In this document: in pieces, positions 12,463 through 26,639 of the stretch
Layout of the letters: each line of letters begins with the position of its first letter
Position numbering within the stretch: position 1 is the stretch's first letter
Source: Haplodiscus bocki
Taxonomy: Eukaryota
Assembly (NCBI GenBank): GCA_965655095.1
Contig: OZ296651.1
Coordinates: 50,840,001-50,904,000 of the forward strand
Length of the DNA stretch: 64,000 nucleotides
Direction: 5' to 3'
Notes under the pieces: generated by a model
What the model saw: the letters and a program-made list of their open reading frames with translations, nothing else
Databases searched by the model: none
Told to the model about the DNA's origin: nothing
Made by a program: the position numbers and the translations under genes

Positions 12463-13547
12463 CTGAAAAAAAATCATAATTATTATCAAAGCATTTTAAC
12501 TTAAGAGGTACTTAATCTCGAATCAAAATTGCAATTTTCAAGAGCTCGAGTTTGAAAAAAAAATGAAAGTGTAAATAGCTACGTTCCCTTTTACCAAATG
12601 TGAGTATCGTCATGCTTTTTTTTTCAGTCAATGGTTATAGCTTAAAAATAATGTTCAACAGCTAAAGCGACTTATTTTTTAACACCATGTTTCAGCAATG
12701 TGTAATTATGATTTTTTCTGGCCTCAGAATACTCTGATTCTGAACATGAAACCCATTTTTGGAAGAATTTTTCAAACTATTAGAATTATGATACTTCCCT
12801 TTATATCTATCGATATTCTTCAAGAAGACAAGATCCAAAAAATCATGATAGTCCCTAGTATAAAGAAAATTTAAATATTCCAATTTTTTTGATTCCTCCT
12901 TCAGCAATTAAAACCGGTGTGGAGCGTCCACTCTGAGAACTAACCTACTACAAAAAGCATTGTTTAAATGCTATTAGTTTCCGCCCGTATTTATAATATG
13001 GCATGAAAATCATCAATTCAACACCGAGTTAGCAATTTTGCCGCAGAATGCGATTGAAATAATAAGATTTCCCAAAAACGTACGGAATTTGTTTTTTTCA
13101 AGAAGTTGGGTTTTTTTGAAAAAAAAATTAATTGAAGTTTTCGAAAATCGGTAAAGGTGGCAAGTTTGCTGTAGAATGCGTATCAAATGATATTATTTCT
13201 CAAAAACATCTTTTCCACCTTACTTCTGAGGTTTTTTGGAAAACAAAGCTCTCATGCTTTTAAAAGACATCTTAAACAAAATTGAGGGCAGAAAATATGC
13301 GGTGGTAACCGGCCGTCTTGTGTTAGTTTTGAGATGGAAAAAGTTGAAACTGCAGTAGAACCTAATGACAGTTTCTTGCAAATGCATTTGCGAAGCTAGT
13401 TTAGAAAGAAACAAACCTAATACCAAAAACAAGCCAAGAATGGTCAGAGTCGGCGTCGCATGTATGGCTCAAAGCACTCACTGATTAGAATGGATTTTGA
13501 TGTTTGAAAAAATGTATTTTGGTTTAAAATGTAAGAAGACACAGTCT

Positions 13548-13698
13548 ATACCGGGGTTCGAACTAGCAAGCTGTGGCTTTGAAACCCTTTGCGCCCACCC
13601 ATTGCTCCATGTAAAACACAATTAATAGAGAATATACCGCGGTTGGAAACCATGACCTGTGGCTTCGTAACCCTTTTGTTCTACCCACTCGGCCATAT
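13548..13698 (-). repeat. Two tandem degenerate tRNA-like (SINE-head) units
   Basis: On the - strand: TGGCCGAGTGG...GGTTTCCAACC and TGGAGCAATGG...AGTTCGAACCCC (A/B-box-like), with ~86-bp period. No full cloverleaf. Confidence 0.5.
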
Positions 13699-15482
13699 CA
13701 AATGTAAAAAAATTCAAGTATAAGCAAAAGGAGTATAGTATCACGAACTTTTTGATTTTTAGACAATTTGGAAGCAGTGGTACAACTCGTATCAATTTGA
13801 CCAACTCTGTTAAAATTGGATCAGTTGTATGTGAGTTCTGTCATCTTCCAAAAAAGTCACTACAATGTTGGCCTCTGTACTAAAGTAAGGTGTCGACTAA
13901 AAAACGGGAAAGACCCCAGTCGGCGTCGCCCGTAAGGCCAAAAATTGTCAAGAGGCTGTCTTACGGAAAAATTGTGACTGCTCCGAAAATTATTCTTTCC
14001 TGTTTTCGACATAATTTTTTTGTAAAAAATTGGTCGCACAGCGGTGAAAATTCAGTAGATTCTTTGGTACGATACAGGTTTCACTTTAATAAGTTTTCAA
14101 TTTGCGGGGGGGGGGGGGGAGGTGGCAATTTTAGGTCTCTAACATAACGCGGGAGTGCCGCTTATTAGGAAACAAAGAGTAATCGGAGTCTAATTTAGTA
14201 ATAGTACTCAGTCCACAACCACTGGGAACAAATACTATCATTCAAATTCGTCAAAAGCTCCTTTTGTTTACTTGGCTATTCGAGGACAAATTTTTCGGAA
14301 ATCTTGGCAATTCAAACCCGAAAAGCTATACATGTCAGTAAATCGTATGACGAAACATCATTATGTTTTACTGATTTGTTTGCAAACATTGACATCACTA
14401 AAGTGAACTTGGCTTATAATAATATAACTTTTATAATTAGTACATCAAAACTGACGTAAAAGAACCATTAGCCAAGTTTGCAGCATCAAAGTACAGAAAT
14501 TGGCAGATTCACCGGCATCGATTACCTATTACATCTGATGTAGTTGCGCCCCAGGTATTACTACAGAAAATAAAAGGCCTGAGAGCTAAAAACGACTTGT
14601 ACAAGTTAGTGGTGTCAACAAAATTGTCATAATGCGTTTATCAAATGCTCAGAATAGAGGAGGCATTCATACATCCAACTCAGTGAGCTATGTCGTGAAA
14701 AAATCATGTCTTCAAGCCAGTGTCACAAACTGATGACAGCTATGATCAAGGTATGTTAAGCATGACTGCTGACACTGGACCATTCAAACGGTGTTTATGG
14801 TTTGTTAGAATATAATACAACCAAAGATGTCCTTGATGAATTAATTTCGCACGCCTTTAAAGGCCGTCTGGAAAAAAAACCCATTCTCAAGGAAAAGAAC
14901 ATATCAAAGGAAAAAGTAAAAAAGAAAAAAATTGGTTACTTTCAAAGTGAGCATGACTACTGCAACTCGATTCCTTTTTGAAAAATCAAACCCCGTTTTA
15001 CTGTCAAGAAACAATTGTTTTTGTAGTGGCAGAAGGGGCTTAAAACAAGGGGCGCAACGAGAGATTAAGTTTCTTCGATATATGCCGGGAAGCGTCCAAA
15101 CAACAAAATGGCGACACATAGCAAGTTGAGCAACGAGTTCCAGGTGGCCCATCAACAACTTATCAGCAGAACTACGCAGAGCATAGAAACGCTTTATTGG
15201 TTAGAGAACCAAATTCAGAAGGTGCATACTAAGAACTGGTGCGAGGATGTTATGCAGCTGCATCAAACATTCATGACACTAATCAAGTAACCCCACTCAA
15301 TTTCTTCCTTGGAAAAAATTTCCGCTTTATTCTGAATCTTCAAATGTTTTTAAGATACAGCAGTTGCAATGATTCACACAGCAGAGATCAGATAATCACA
15401 AGATACTGGAAGACAATTCGGAAATCGGTTTGTCGAAACTTTTTGACCATTTGATGCAACTTATACTTAAATACAGCTATTG

Positions 15483-18400
15483 TGTAACAGAGAACGCTCA
15501 AACTTTAGAAAAGACGCTATTTTATAATCCAAAATTAACGTAAAGTTGAAAATAACCTCGAGAACTTTCGGTGATAGATGAAGAGCTCGAAAAATTATAA
15601 TTCTCAGATAAATACCCAAAATGTGATTAGTGCAGGGTGTTTAATTGCTGCTTAAACTTGACTAACGAAATTCATGACATTACGAAGGTCATAATATTTG
15701 ACTAAACCAGTTTGCTGATGGAACTTGCGAAACTCGTCTGAGTAAAGCATACAAAGGGCCCTGGCAGGCAGGAAGTAGGGAATGAAAAACTAGACAAAGT
15801 GGCTACAAAATCGATAAAGAAGTTTGCGAATAAATAACAGCCGCCACTACGGCGGCAAGATGAAATTGATAGACAGCTCAATTTATTCAGTTGAAAAAGA
15901 AAAATTTCAAGATTTAGTTTTACAGAAACAAAAATTCTAATTCACCCAGATTAGTGGGATTTTCCTATTGGCTACATGACCAACATGATTGGTCACGTGA
16001 CGTGGTCACGTGCCCAAGCGGGGTATAAATACCCAGTGCTGTCATAAATTTCAGTGGCTCGCTCCAGCTCACCTGCTTATTTACCTGAAGCGAAACTCTC
16101 TTCCACTTCACCTCCAGTTAAATTCAAAAACACTCTTCTTCTTTTATTGAGCGAGTTCAATTCTTCTATCTCAAGCTTGCCTCACTTCGAAAATATTCCA
16201 AGTCTTTTTCGCCTGCAAAATTGTCTTAGCCGAAATTTGATTGCATTTTACCGAAATTATTCCAAGGCAATTCCAAATTGTGTTTTGGCTGAAATTCAAT
16301 TGCATCTTATCGAAATTGTTGTAATACAATTCCAAATTGTGTCTTAGCTGGAATTCAATTGCATCTTTTCAAAGACATTCTCAGAGAGTTTCAAATTGTG
16401 TTTTAGCTGGAATGCAATTGCATCTTATCGAAACTATTCTACGACAATTCCAATTCTGTCTTAGCCAAAAGTCAATTGCATCTTACCGAAATTTTTCTTA
16501 AGAACATTCGAAGTTGTGTCTGAGCCGAAATTCACCATCAGCATCATCCTGGTTGGACTACCCGACGGAGCCTCACTCTGCAATCAACCTGCAAATATCC
16601 TCACTCAATCTCAGTGTTCGTAAGTTGTAACTTTGCTCGGATCTAGAAGAGTTAATCTCACTAGTCTTTTTCTATTAACTAATCCCTCTCGACAAATCGC
16701 GAAGAAACTGCCGCGTTGGAACTAGAAAGGGATTAGGAGAAGATAACCAGGAGCCGCATATAGCGAGCTTCATCTGAGTCGTTGATAAAAGCTAAAATGA
16801 ACATTCAATTCCTCTCGATATATTGCGAAGGAACTGCTGCGTTCGAGATAAAAAAAGGGACTGAGAGAAAATCAGCAAATTGCCGCTTGCAGCAAGTTTT
16901 AAATGAGTTTTAGACAAAACCTAATAAAAATCAACCCTTCCAACTTTTCCGCAGATTTATTCAGGGTTTGGAAATTTGGGAAAAGCTAAGATCGTCCAAC
17001 CAATCGCTATGCTAACGCAAGTACTGAGTTTTAGACAAAACGCTTAAAGAATTATTTAACCCAATATTAAAATAATTGTAAATTCCTCGTCTGCGGTTCA
17101 TGCTTGACAAAAAGAGGGTCTAGGAAGCATGACTTGGTCGACTGCGTTTATGGCATATTACCATATTCTTAGATAAAATCTGATATCCCGTTCGGTAATT
17201 CCAAAAGGTTCAACTCTTGATTCAGATCTGACTGGGATTTAAGAAAAATGACTAGGTTGATTGCTTCTACGGCACGTTGGCGAAGTCTTAGCATAACGTG
17301 AACTTAATCAATCATGGAAATTAAAAAAATCTAAACACAAAAGACAAAACGAGAGCTAGAAAAAACGAACGTAATCGTTCGTTTTAGCCAAAAAGCCAAT
17401 AAAAAATTACCTCCGCTTGGTCTTTAAATTTGGTAAAAGTTTACATTATTTTGAAAACATTTGTAAATCAATGCTATCAATAACTATCTTGATTTCTGTA
17501 ATCAATTTATAATTTGGACGAACTTAATCTTTACTAATTATGTCGTAAAATTAGTAAGGAGTATTTAATATTATGCACTTTTTATCTTACTTCAACGCAG
17601 TAGTGAAGGAAAGCAGTATAAATGTGACACATGTTAACCTCGGGCCACCTACTGAAACGCCCGAAGGCTTACTCGGCTTAAATAAAACCTCCCTGCTCTG
17701 CCAGCCAAAACAAATGACCTTGAAGGTGAGAACGGGTTCTTGAATCGAAGTGCCGACACACTGTCATTTGACGACTCGTCAGCTTGCAAAAAGCCGGTTA
17801 TTAGAGCCTATAACTGCTCTATGACCATAAAAGTTAACCGCAACATTCGTGATTCGCAATTATTCCTAAGCATTATTTTAAGGAACTCTCGGAAATCTTG
17901 TTACCTCGGGCTCCTCTACAGAATATCCAAGGCTCCCGGACATAACGTTTGTGCTGTAAGCTCAATTTTTTATCGCCTCTACGTCAACGCAACAGAAGAG
18001 CCCCAAACCATTATCCAAGCCTGGATCACGAGCTATCGGGAAAGGAGATTATTCTGGCTCTGGCATATCGGGATCTAAAGGGATTTCAGTCCCAATCCTC
18101 ATTTGTTGAGGAACTTGTTCATTTAAAATAGGAGATTGGGGAGAACTGCTGCTGGCGCCCCCTTTAAAATAAATTTCATTGATGACAGACGAACGTGATA
18201 TTATCAAATTTTATTTTGTGAGCTTCAACTGAAAAGACTGCTGCTAATTTTGAATATATTGTAATGCTCAAATCTCGCCCCTAATAATCTCACCCTTCCG
18301 AAAACTTATCTCATCTTGTGCACACTTACATTTATTTAACTGACTGCCATTTCCGTATTATCACCAAAAAATTCATCTCTTCTTTTGTATTCATTCTTTG

Positions 18401-18584
18401 CTCACCAAGTCCCTGCTAGTAGAACTTACGCAACTTTGTCCGCGCAGCTTAGCCAAGGCAAATTTACAAAGCAAGAACAGTTGAAACTTTTGAGACCCTC
18501 TTACACGATAACGCAGACGTATGGGCGCACACGCTGTTTAGCAATATTACCTAAAGCGAATAATAGTAAGCATACTTGATAACA
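15483..18584 (+). mobile_element. Solo-LTR-like interspersed repeat, copy 2 (longer)
   Basis: Begins TGTAACA and ends TGATAACA (TG...CA). ATTGG, CACGTG boxes and TATAAATA at 16024. Has internal expansions relative to copy 1. No TSD found. Confidence 0.62.
16218..16532. repeat. About 5.5 copies of a ~58-bp unit (aaattgtgtcttagc.gaaattcaattgcatcttatcgaaa) inside LTR-like copy 2
   Basis: Direct tandem repeats; only about 2 degenerate units at the equivalent place in copy 1 (9320-9430). Confidence 0.75.
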
Positions 18585-21500
18585 CCCCTCCTGTACGCGC
18601 GATATAGCTTATACTTACTTGCTGCTGATTCCTGATTGCTGTTGATTTTTAATGGTGGTTTAAACAAGTATGCCATTTTCAAATCCATGTAATTTATTAC
18701 AAACTATGCTAAAATGTTGTAAGATATCGGGTTGTTTCCCAAACAACAAAGATGTTCCAAGAGTTAAATTCTGCAAAATTTCCATTTTAAAGCAGCATGT
18801 TCAGAAAACAACGTGTAACACAATTACGATGGCTTATTCTTCAACATGTATTCGACGAAAATGAAAAATCGATTGCTGAGCACAATGAAAGTAAAACATG
18901 CTCAAAATTACCAATGGCCCAATACCCATAACCAGTACAGGAAAACATGCATATATCAACAAGTGGGCACGGTCCAAATCGGCCGCCGAAAGACCCAAAA
19001 TAACCATGGGCAAGCTTTTTGAAAAAATAATTAGGTTTTTAGGCAGAAAATCGTTTATGATCACGTCTTTCTCTCACCGCCATTTTGTTGTATATATCCG
19101 AACCATTAGAAGAGCCATTCTTTGGTAGGATATATACTGCCTGAGAAAGTCATTAGTTCAAACATTTTTGGTACCTTCACCATTTTTTATCTATCCTATA
19201 TAAAAGGATCAATTCCTGTTCCTGGCCTCTAGTATTGTTCCTGAAATTGGTTAGTATTCGGAAAATTCGGGTGTCTGAACAGTATCAACAGTTCTCAATT
19301 GAAAAAATACACAAAAACACAAATAAAAGCCACAAACAAAACCCACAAAAAAGAGAACAGAGCATCAACTGGAGTTTCTTCGGAAACACAGAGGCTAACA
19401 ATTCATACCCACCATATTTTCTCTTATTAAAGACCACTTCCGAAAAACCTTCTGAGACTCCGCTGCATATTCCAAACATTTTTCATAAAAGCAAATACTC
19501 AGAAGTTTTGTGATGCACCCCACCTCTTTCCATGTTCTAAAAATTTTCGATTAAAAAATCATCAAACAAATTCCTTTTACTTATTATCCTAGACAAGGTA
19601 CCAGGTATCAAAAAGTGATTAAACAGTTTTAGACGGTAACAAGGCACCGTGGGACGAAAAACTTTCGAACAAAAAAGCAGAAAATCAATTTGTCCGAATA
19701 ACCAAACGTTTCCAAAACATTTGTTTTGAAGAAACTCTTGCGAATACATTGAGCATAATTGTAGGTGCCAATTTGAACCGTTTCCGGTTTGCAGTTAGGT
19801 GTCTCATTCTACCTCACTCAGCAATAACGCTCCCTCGGCGCTGCCCGTAAGGCTCCGAATATGTAAGGTTCTATCGGAAAAATCATAAAAGATTTTATCG
19901 GATATTTTTATTCTGTCCCTGCAACAACCCGGACTATCAAGTAATGAAGAAGTTCACAGTAGTGAGAACATTTTTTTCCAAGGAAATTATGATGACTTGC
20001 TTTGATATTCCAAAATTTTTAATTGGCGCATAAGCTTCAAGTAAAGAGGTCGACTATTAGAGTGGCTTTTTTTCGTAAGATGACAGACTCAAAGAGAACT
20101 GATTCATTTCCAACAGAGCCGGCATTTTTACCTTCACGCACCTAAAATCTTCAATTTTAACTCGAGAACGTAGCCAAACCCAAAAAAGTTCGTAATAACC
20201 CGACACCCCCCCCCCCATTTGCTAATACCTAAAAATTTTTGGAGATACACACAAGCGGCCTTTTGAATATAGTGGGAAATTTTCGGAAAACAAATGCTGA
20301 AAACTTCCACGATCCCCCAATTATCCGCCACTCAAATATCTCCAAATTTTGGCAACAAACCATGCATGATTTTGGGCTGCGCTTTGCATTTTTCAATTCT
20401 TTTCCAAAAATACAAAGAACAACTTTTGTGATACACCTCATTCATCGCTCGATTATCCGACACTGACTGTCCCTCGATTTCCCGCCATTCTATTTATCCT
20501 TCCACTATCCGCCCCTTTGTTCATCTATCGATTATCCGCCACTTTATCATATTATGGCGGAAAAACGAGTGGCCAAACGAAAAAATTTTCCTCCGGTATA
20601 CTGATTTTCATTGAGAAAAGAAAGCAAAACTATTCAAGGCATCGAAGCCTAATTCCATAAAAGCTTTGAGCCTTAACGTCACCACCGACTCTGGTCATTC
20701 TTGACTTTCTGAAAGCTACTTGTTAAAAGATTAAAAGGTTCGAACATTTTTTGCCACTATGACAGGTAAAAGTAATTCCAGGAAATCGTCCGTTTTTTAG
20801 GCATAATGAATATTATCATTTAAGTAGTGTGCATCCGTAAAAAACTTTCCGCGTATATTGTTGGACGTGCGGGCCACTCCGACATACGCTGTTCCCTGCT
20901 TGTTTTTTTCCCAAAAAAACTTTTCGCTACATGCAACTTAGAATCCAAAATGAAGGAGTGCGGGGAATTCTAAAGTCCATTGTAATCTCAAATTTCTCAA
21001 AAGTTTCGCTGCAAGCAAAGGGAAGGTATCACGATAGTTTTTGCTATTAGTTTTTATTCCAACAATTTTCGGTTTCTGAAAACTGTTTTCACGAAATAAG
21101 AACTTCTTCACGAAGTTTGCAAAGTATACCAAAATAGATGTAATAATCGTTCACGTTTATCAATCCTCGAAAATATTCCATTTTTTCCAGAAGAAAGTTT
21201 TTGGCGAGAAAAATTTGAACACTGACGTCCAAAGATTTGTGTTTTGAAAGAGTTATTTCAATTGAAAAGTGAGACATTCATAATTTTGACATTGTTTCAC
21301 TCAAGAAAAGTTTAAAACAATGAGGAGGCCGTCTTGTACTCTAAACCAAGCTATTTCCAAAAAAAAAATGAAATAAAACCGGGAGTCGCGAAGGCTTATG
21401 ACACGAACGGTGCAAGACCGATAGCAGTGCCGACACAGGCTCTTCTTTGCTTTTATGGTTTTGGACGATCTATGTTACTTTCGACTCTTCTTTGTATAAT

Positions 21501-22027
21501 TAGTGATAAATTTGTATTTTGCCTTCCTGGGTTGTCCTTCCAGAGATGAAACTTGGAATGCTTAGTAAAAATAATTAGAGCGAGATGGGTCCAGAGTTCA
21601 CAGAGATATTGTAGTACGGTCCAAAGATGCATCTTTGGGATCATACACCACCTATTAAGTTTATCTACGGGCCGTAGTAAGTTATTTGACGCCTTTTATG
21701 TCCCTGATTCTTCTTAATGTTCACTTCTGATAACTTAGGGAATTAATGGGGAGCTACTAACATAAAAAGTTAGCTATAGTAAAAATTTAGAGAAGTTGCT
21801 TCCTGGCAGAAAATTGGTTGATGAGAAAAATTATTTCCGTATGATTGTATGAAAAACAAGACGACCGGCTAGCACCGGCATATTTTTCGCAGGAATACAA
21901 ATATTTTGATCAGCATTTGCCCACAGTTGAAAACGAGAATACTGTTTAAAATCTAGTTTGCGAAAGTTTTCTACAAACATCAATTCCACCACTGATTTCT
22001 ATATTCTATGCACGACTTTTCGTTCAA

Positions 22028-22855
22028 AATTTGTTGTCTCACAGTACCGAAAAATCTCGTTGGGGAACGCTTCGGTGTATCAGAAAATTTCGGGTAGCGA
22101 AAAATTTTATGCATCAGAGAGGGGGGAGGGGGTATCGAGATTTTCCGTCGAAAATTTTTTGTCTCACGGTGCCGAAAAATTCCGTAGGGGGGAATCCTTT
22201 AGTGTTTCATTAATTTCGGGTATCGAAAAATTTTATGCTTCAGAGGGTTATGTCACGATTTTCGATTTTCTGTCGATTTTTTTGTCTCACAGTGCCGAAA
22301 AGTTTCGTAGGTGAACCCTTCTGTGCTGTGTTTCAGAAAATTTCTGGTAGCGAAAATGTTTATGGATAAGAGGGGAGGGGAGGAGTTTCAAGATTTTCTG
22401 TCGGAAATTTTTTGTCTCACAGTGCCGAAAATTTCCGTAGGGAGGGGGGGGGGAATCCTTTAGTGTTTCGTTAATTTCGGGTACCGAAGAAGTTTGGATA
22501 AGAGGGGGGGGGGTATCAAGATTTTCCGTCGAAAAACTTTTGTCTCACAGTGCCGAAAATTTTCGTAGGGCAATCCTTTACTGTTGCAATAATTTCGGGT
22601 AACGAAAAAGTTTGGATAAGAGGGGGGGGGGTATCAAGATTTTCCGTCGAAAAAGTTTTGTCTCACAGTGCCGAAAATTTTCGTAGGGGAACCCTTTAGT
22701 GTTTCACTATTTTCGGGTACCGAAAAAGTTTGGATAAGAGAGGGGGGTATCAAGATTTTCCGTCGAAAATTTTTTGTCTCACAGTGCCGAAAATTTTCGT
22801 AGGGAAACCCTTTCGTGTTTCACTAATTTCGAGTATCGAAAAATGTTAGGGATAA
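22028..22855. repeat. ~120-bp minisatellite, about 7 copies (ttgtctcacagtgccgaaaattttcgtaggg...gtatcaagattttccgtcgaaaa)
   Basis: Clear tandem units. Related single units occur at ~5860-5920, ~23930-23995 and, inverted, at ~19640-19680. Confidence 0.9.
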
Positions 22856-22870
22856 AATCATAAAATTTTT

Positions 22871-22940
22871 GGCAGGGCAGTGACTCGAACCACGAACCTA
22901 CTCCTTGAGAACCTTGTTGTCCTAAGCCTACCGCTGTCAT
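22871..22940 (-). repeat. tRNA-like segment (B box GGTTCGAGTC) abutting the 120-bp minisatellite
   Basis: On the - strand: ATGACAGCGGTAGG...GGTTCGTGGTTCGAGTCACTGCC, with a T-arm-like GTG-GTTCGAGT-CAC. No intact acceptor stem. Confidence 0.4.
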
Positions 22941-25897
22941 TTATTTTTGAATAAAAAGAGTTTGGCAATTTCGTTTGAAAAAAAGAAAAGAAAAACGACC
23001 CAACTGAATGAATAATTTTTCTTGTATATTACATATACTCCGAAAAATAAAAAATCATCCAGTGTGAAGTTCAATTTTACCTCCGACAGAACTGGGTAGA
23101 GAGACAAACTGTAGTAAGCAATCCCTAGAGCGGTCAACTCCGGATATTTGAGCCACTATGAGCAGTTAAAACTCCCCTAATTGACTTGATTTTATTGTTC
23201 ATATGAAGAATCTGTGTTTTCAGATCAGACACTTTCAAGCCACAATGACGAATGAAGAATACTTTTTGCAATATTCAAACGCCCTTTTGTTTACCATGAC
23301 AGAAGCCAAGTGGGAAGTTCCATTTCCACCAACGATACATAAAATAGAAAATCTGGACAGTGAAGATGAAGTTGATTTCCGGTAGAGGCCGGAATGAGTG
23401 ACGCAGATTTGATGAAAGTGCGGAGCAACTTCGGACCAGGATGCCAGAGTGTCTATACCAACCCCAAAGAAATGGTCCAATTTGAAATCAAAGTTAAAAT
23501 GTATTTTAAAAACACAAATAGTTTTCCCAAAAAGTTTCCAATTCCTCTCGGGCTTCCCTTTTTTGGTTTTTAAATTTGAAGACGAATTAGTTGCATGAGA
23601 AAGGAAGTACCTTTGATTTTGGTCAGGGTCAGCGTTAGCCTTGGCAGAATTTGGTTACGACTTTGCCTACTTTGGGGTTCCTCGTAAGCGCTGCCTTGTG
23701 CGCTATAGCAGAATCTTGAAATTGATATCCACCCCTCCCCCTTTCCGCCCATCGCCAATCGGAAACCCATATTCGAAGTCTACTAGGTGGAATTGGAATG
23801 TACTACGAAAATAGTTGCTACATGCATTTTCTGATTTTGCTATTCGCAAATCAACTACCCCAATACTTTGTCGCTTATAAGAAAAGTCCGTGCTGCCCAT
23901 GGGTGGGGCAAAAAAATCTAAGTAAACAATAGAGGGAGTATCGCAATTTTCTGTCGACAAATTTTTGTCTCACGATGCCGAAAATTTCTTGAGGGGCCCA
24001 CTTGTCTTTTTGGGAACTAAAATATTTTTATTTTTCACATGCTCACAAATACTGGTGAGAATATGTCTTTTTTAGTTTCCTCCCATAATTCATATATAGA
24101 AGTAAAATAAATAATCTAACAATCAGATCTTTTATGAAAACTGCCAATTGCACGATTAGCAAAAACCGCACGCTCGAGATTTTATTTTACCAAATTGTTC
24201 CAATTTTGTAAAATCTGCCTAGTATAATAGCATTTCTCAAAAAATGAAAAAAATCATGCCAAAATCTAGAGGTTTTTTGAAAAAAAAACGAAAATAGTCA
24301 ATTTTTCGAGTTTCGAGGTAAACTTCAAACATTTTCGTTTGAGGTTTTGATGTTTGTTCCCTAAATTGGAGGGAAGCTTGCCGGGAGTTTTGTTACATAC
24401 ATATACTGAAACACTATAAATTACAATACAAAATTAAATTTCAAGTGACTTGGTAGTTTCAGCAGATTTTCGTTCATGAAGTGAAATTTAAGAACCCAAA
24501 AAAGAACCGATTGCCCCTCTACAAACTTACAGTCAAGGTATAAAAGAGAGCAGGACAAAATCCGATTTTCAATGAGCCAAAACAGCCAATTTGAAAAAGA
24601 TGATAAATCAGTCGTTTTAGCAAACGAAAGAAATCCGCCTACTCGGAAAACGATACAAAACCGTCGATTTGGTTAATTAGATAAAACTGCCGTTCGTTAC
24701 CTAAGAAAAAAATTGGTCTTTTGATTTTAAAAAATGTATCACAAATTCTTTTCTGACAAAAGCGTCTTGACCTAATTATCGATATTTAGCAACTGCATTA
24801 CCAACATACTAATAGAAGTTGAAATACCGCGAGCAGATAAAGTTATTTCCAACCCCTGAGTCAACCATTTTCAGAGATTCAACACAAGCACAAATAGTTT
24901 TGTTATTTCTTACGAAAATGTCACTTTCTCGAAAAAAAGTGTCTTTCCCATGCCAAATTCTTTTATTCCAGATTGTTCCAAATTTTTTAAAGCGTCATTC
25001 GTTTCCGTTAAATCAAGCGTTGTTAACAACTTCATTTCTTACAGGATTTCGGATAACAAAAAAACGTTGGCGGGTATTAAAACTATTGGTAATTGTAAAA
25101 GTGGGGTATCGCGATGAGAACCCTTTTCGTCCGAATTTTTTCGGTGTGAATCTGTTTGAACCAAAAATTGATATAAATTAACTTTTTTCAGTCGTATTTC
25201 ATTATTATATAGGTTTAATTTTCCGTCTAATTATCGATAAGTACGCTGGCGAACGTTGATTGCAATTTTTGTTTTTGCATGATTTCATGTGTTGCCAAAT
25301 ATTTTTGGACTGATTTTGGATGATTCATATAATTAATATCCTTGCCTAAATTTATATTGTTACATCGATTTTTTACAAATTTCTTTATCGAATCTCTCAA
25401 AACTTGGCTGGGTTTCATACGTCAAATGTAAAATTTGAACAACAAATCGTTGATATTTTTCAAGTTTAGGATGCAACTGAAGTTATTATGTTTTCGCTGA
25501 AAGCAATTTTCGGCTGAAATAGTCAAAGTTGAGTCAATATTATTATATTCAGCGTAACTTATGAACAAGTAATAGATTAAAGATCAACGAACGAGTCAAT
25601 GATGCGATAAGTAATACTCGCAAGCGTGAAGTAGCAGGGATGGAATCAAAAGATAATGTTTTTTATGTTATCTATGCATTATGGGAAACCTGAACACGCG
25701 TTCAATGAAGCAGTGAGAATATTCAAAATACACTTATGCCAAATGTCTGAATCTTCTAGGTTTCATAAATTATTTGCCTGCACATATTAATGCAACATAC
25801 AAAAATTTAATGCAATAATCGCCAGGGTAGGCCAAGGCGCTTTTTTCTCGACCAACTTTCGTTTTTGCAAATACTGACAAAACCGGTCCGATTGTTA

Positions 25898-26012
25898 CAA
25901 ATCGGAGGTTTTGTCTCGTTCTCGAAATCGGCAGTTTTGTCTCCCTTTCAAAATCGGCGGTTTCGTCTCGTTTTTAAAATCGGCCGTTTTGTCCTACTTC
26001 AAAATCAGCGGT
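25898..26012. repeat. About 5 copies of a ~26-bp unit aaatcggc.gttttgtctc
   Basis: Direct short tandem repeats. Confidence 0.6.
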
Positions 26013-26639
26013 ATAGTCTCGAATCTGACATACAAATTAATGCGACTAAACAATTTTAATACACTCTACAAAATCAAAAGCAGAAAGATAAACTCAAAAG
26101 CAGGAGTTCAGTTTAAGCAGAGGTTCTCTAAAAAAGCTCATCAAAAGTGCAACTATTTACACAGTTAGTTTATTTATTAAAAGAAAAAAATTGAACAGGT
26201 AGAAAATCGCATCCGAAAATTGAGCAAACAAACTATGCAAGAGTTCTCTATTTTGACTAATTTTTACAGCTTTCGTAAATCTTGACAATGCGTTATAACA
26301 AAAAACATGAAAGATTATTTGTTAATTTTTCATTATTCCTTTTATCTTTCTTCCACCGGTCGCAGAAAAATCAGGGACATCTATTGATTAGGTAAACTCC
26401 AAAAATGCCTTTTTCAACGATAGAAGTTCAAAAAATCAAAGATTTGATAACAACGCATTTTCTAATTTTTGTTTTATTTGCCTATTATCAGAAAAACACC
26501 ATTATATTCTTCTAAATTCTCTAAGAATACTTTGTTTCTGCTATTTCTGACTAAAATGATCATTTCTAAAGTTATTCCTGCCCAAAGTTGACGTATTATA
26601 AACGTCGTCACATCAGGCCTGTAAGGACCCATAACTTAC

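Noticed and set aside
13548-13698. Functional tRNA genes (also 22871-22940)
   Set aside because: Only A/B-box-like remnants are present; acceptor and anticodon stems do not form.
14300-15470. Coding-like stretch with short ORFs, possibly a decayed transposon or viral gene
   Set aside because: No motif I can recognise; BLASTX or HHpred would be needed.
8631-18584. One full-length LTR retrotransposon bounded by the two LTR-like repeats
   Set aside because: The repeats differ by ~1 kb in length and are diverged. The interior has host exons and no gag/pol motifs, and there is no shared TSD.
18834-19064. Hydrophobic 76-aa ORF on the - strand as an additional host exon
   Set aside because: No spectrin pattern and no convincing phase-0/0 splice pair. 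The flanking exons (26640 and 12462) already join in frame.
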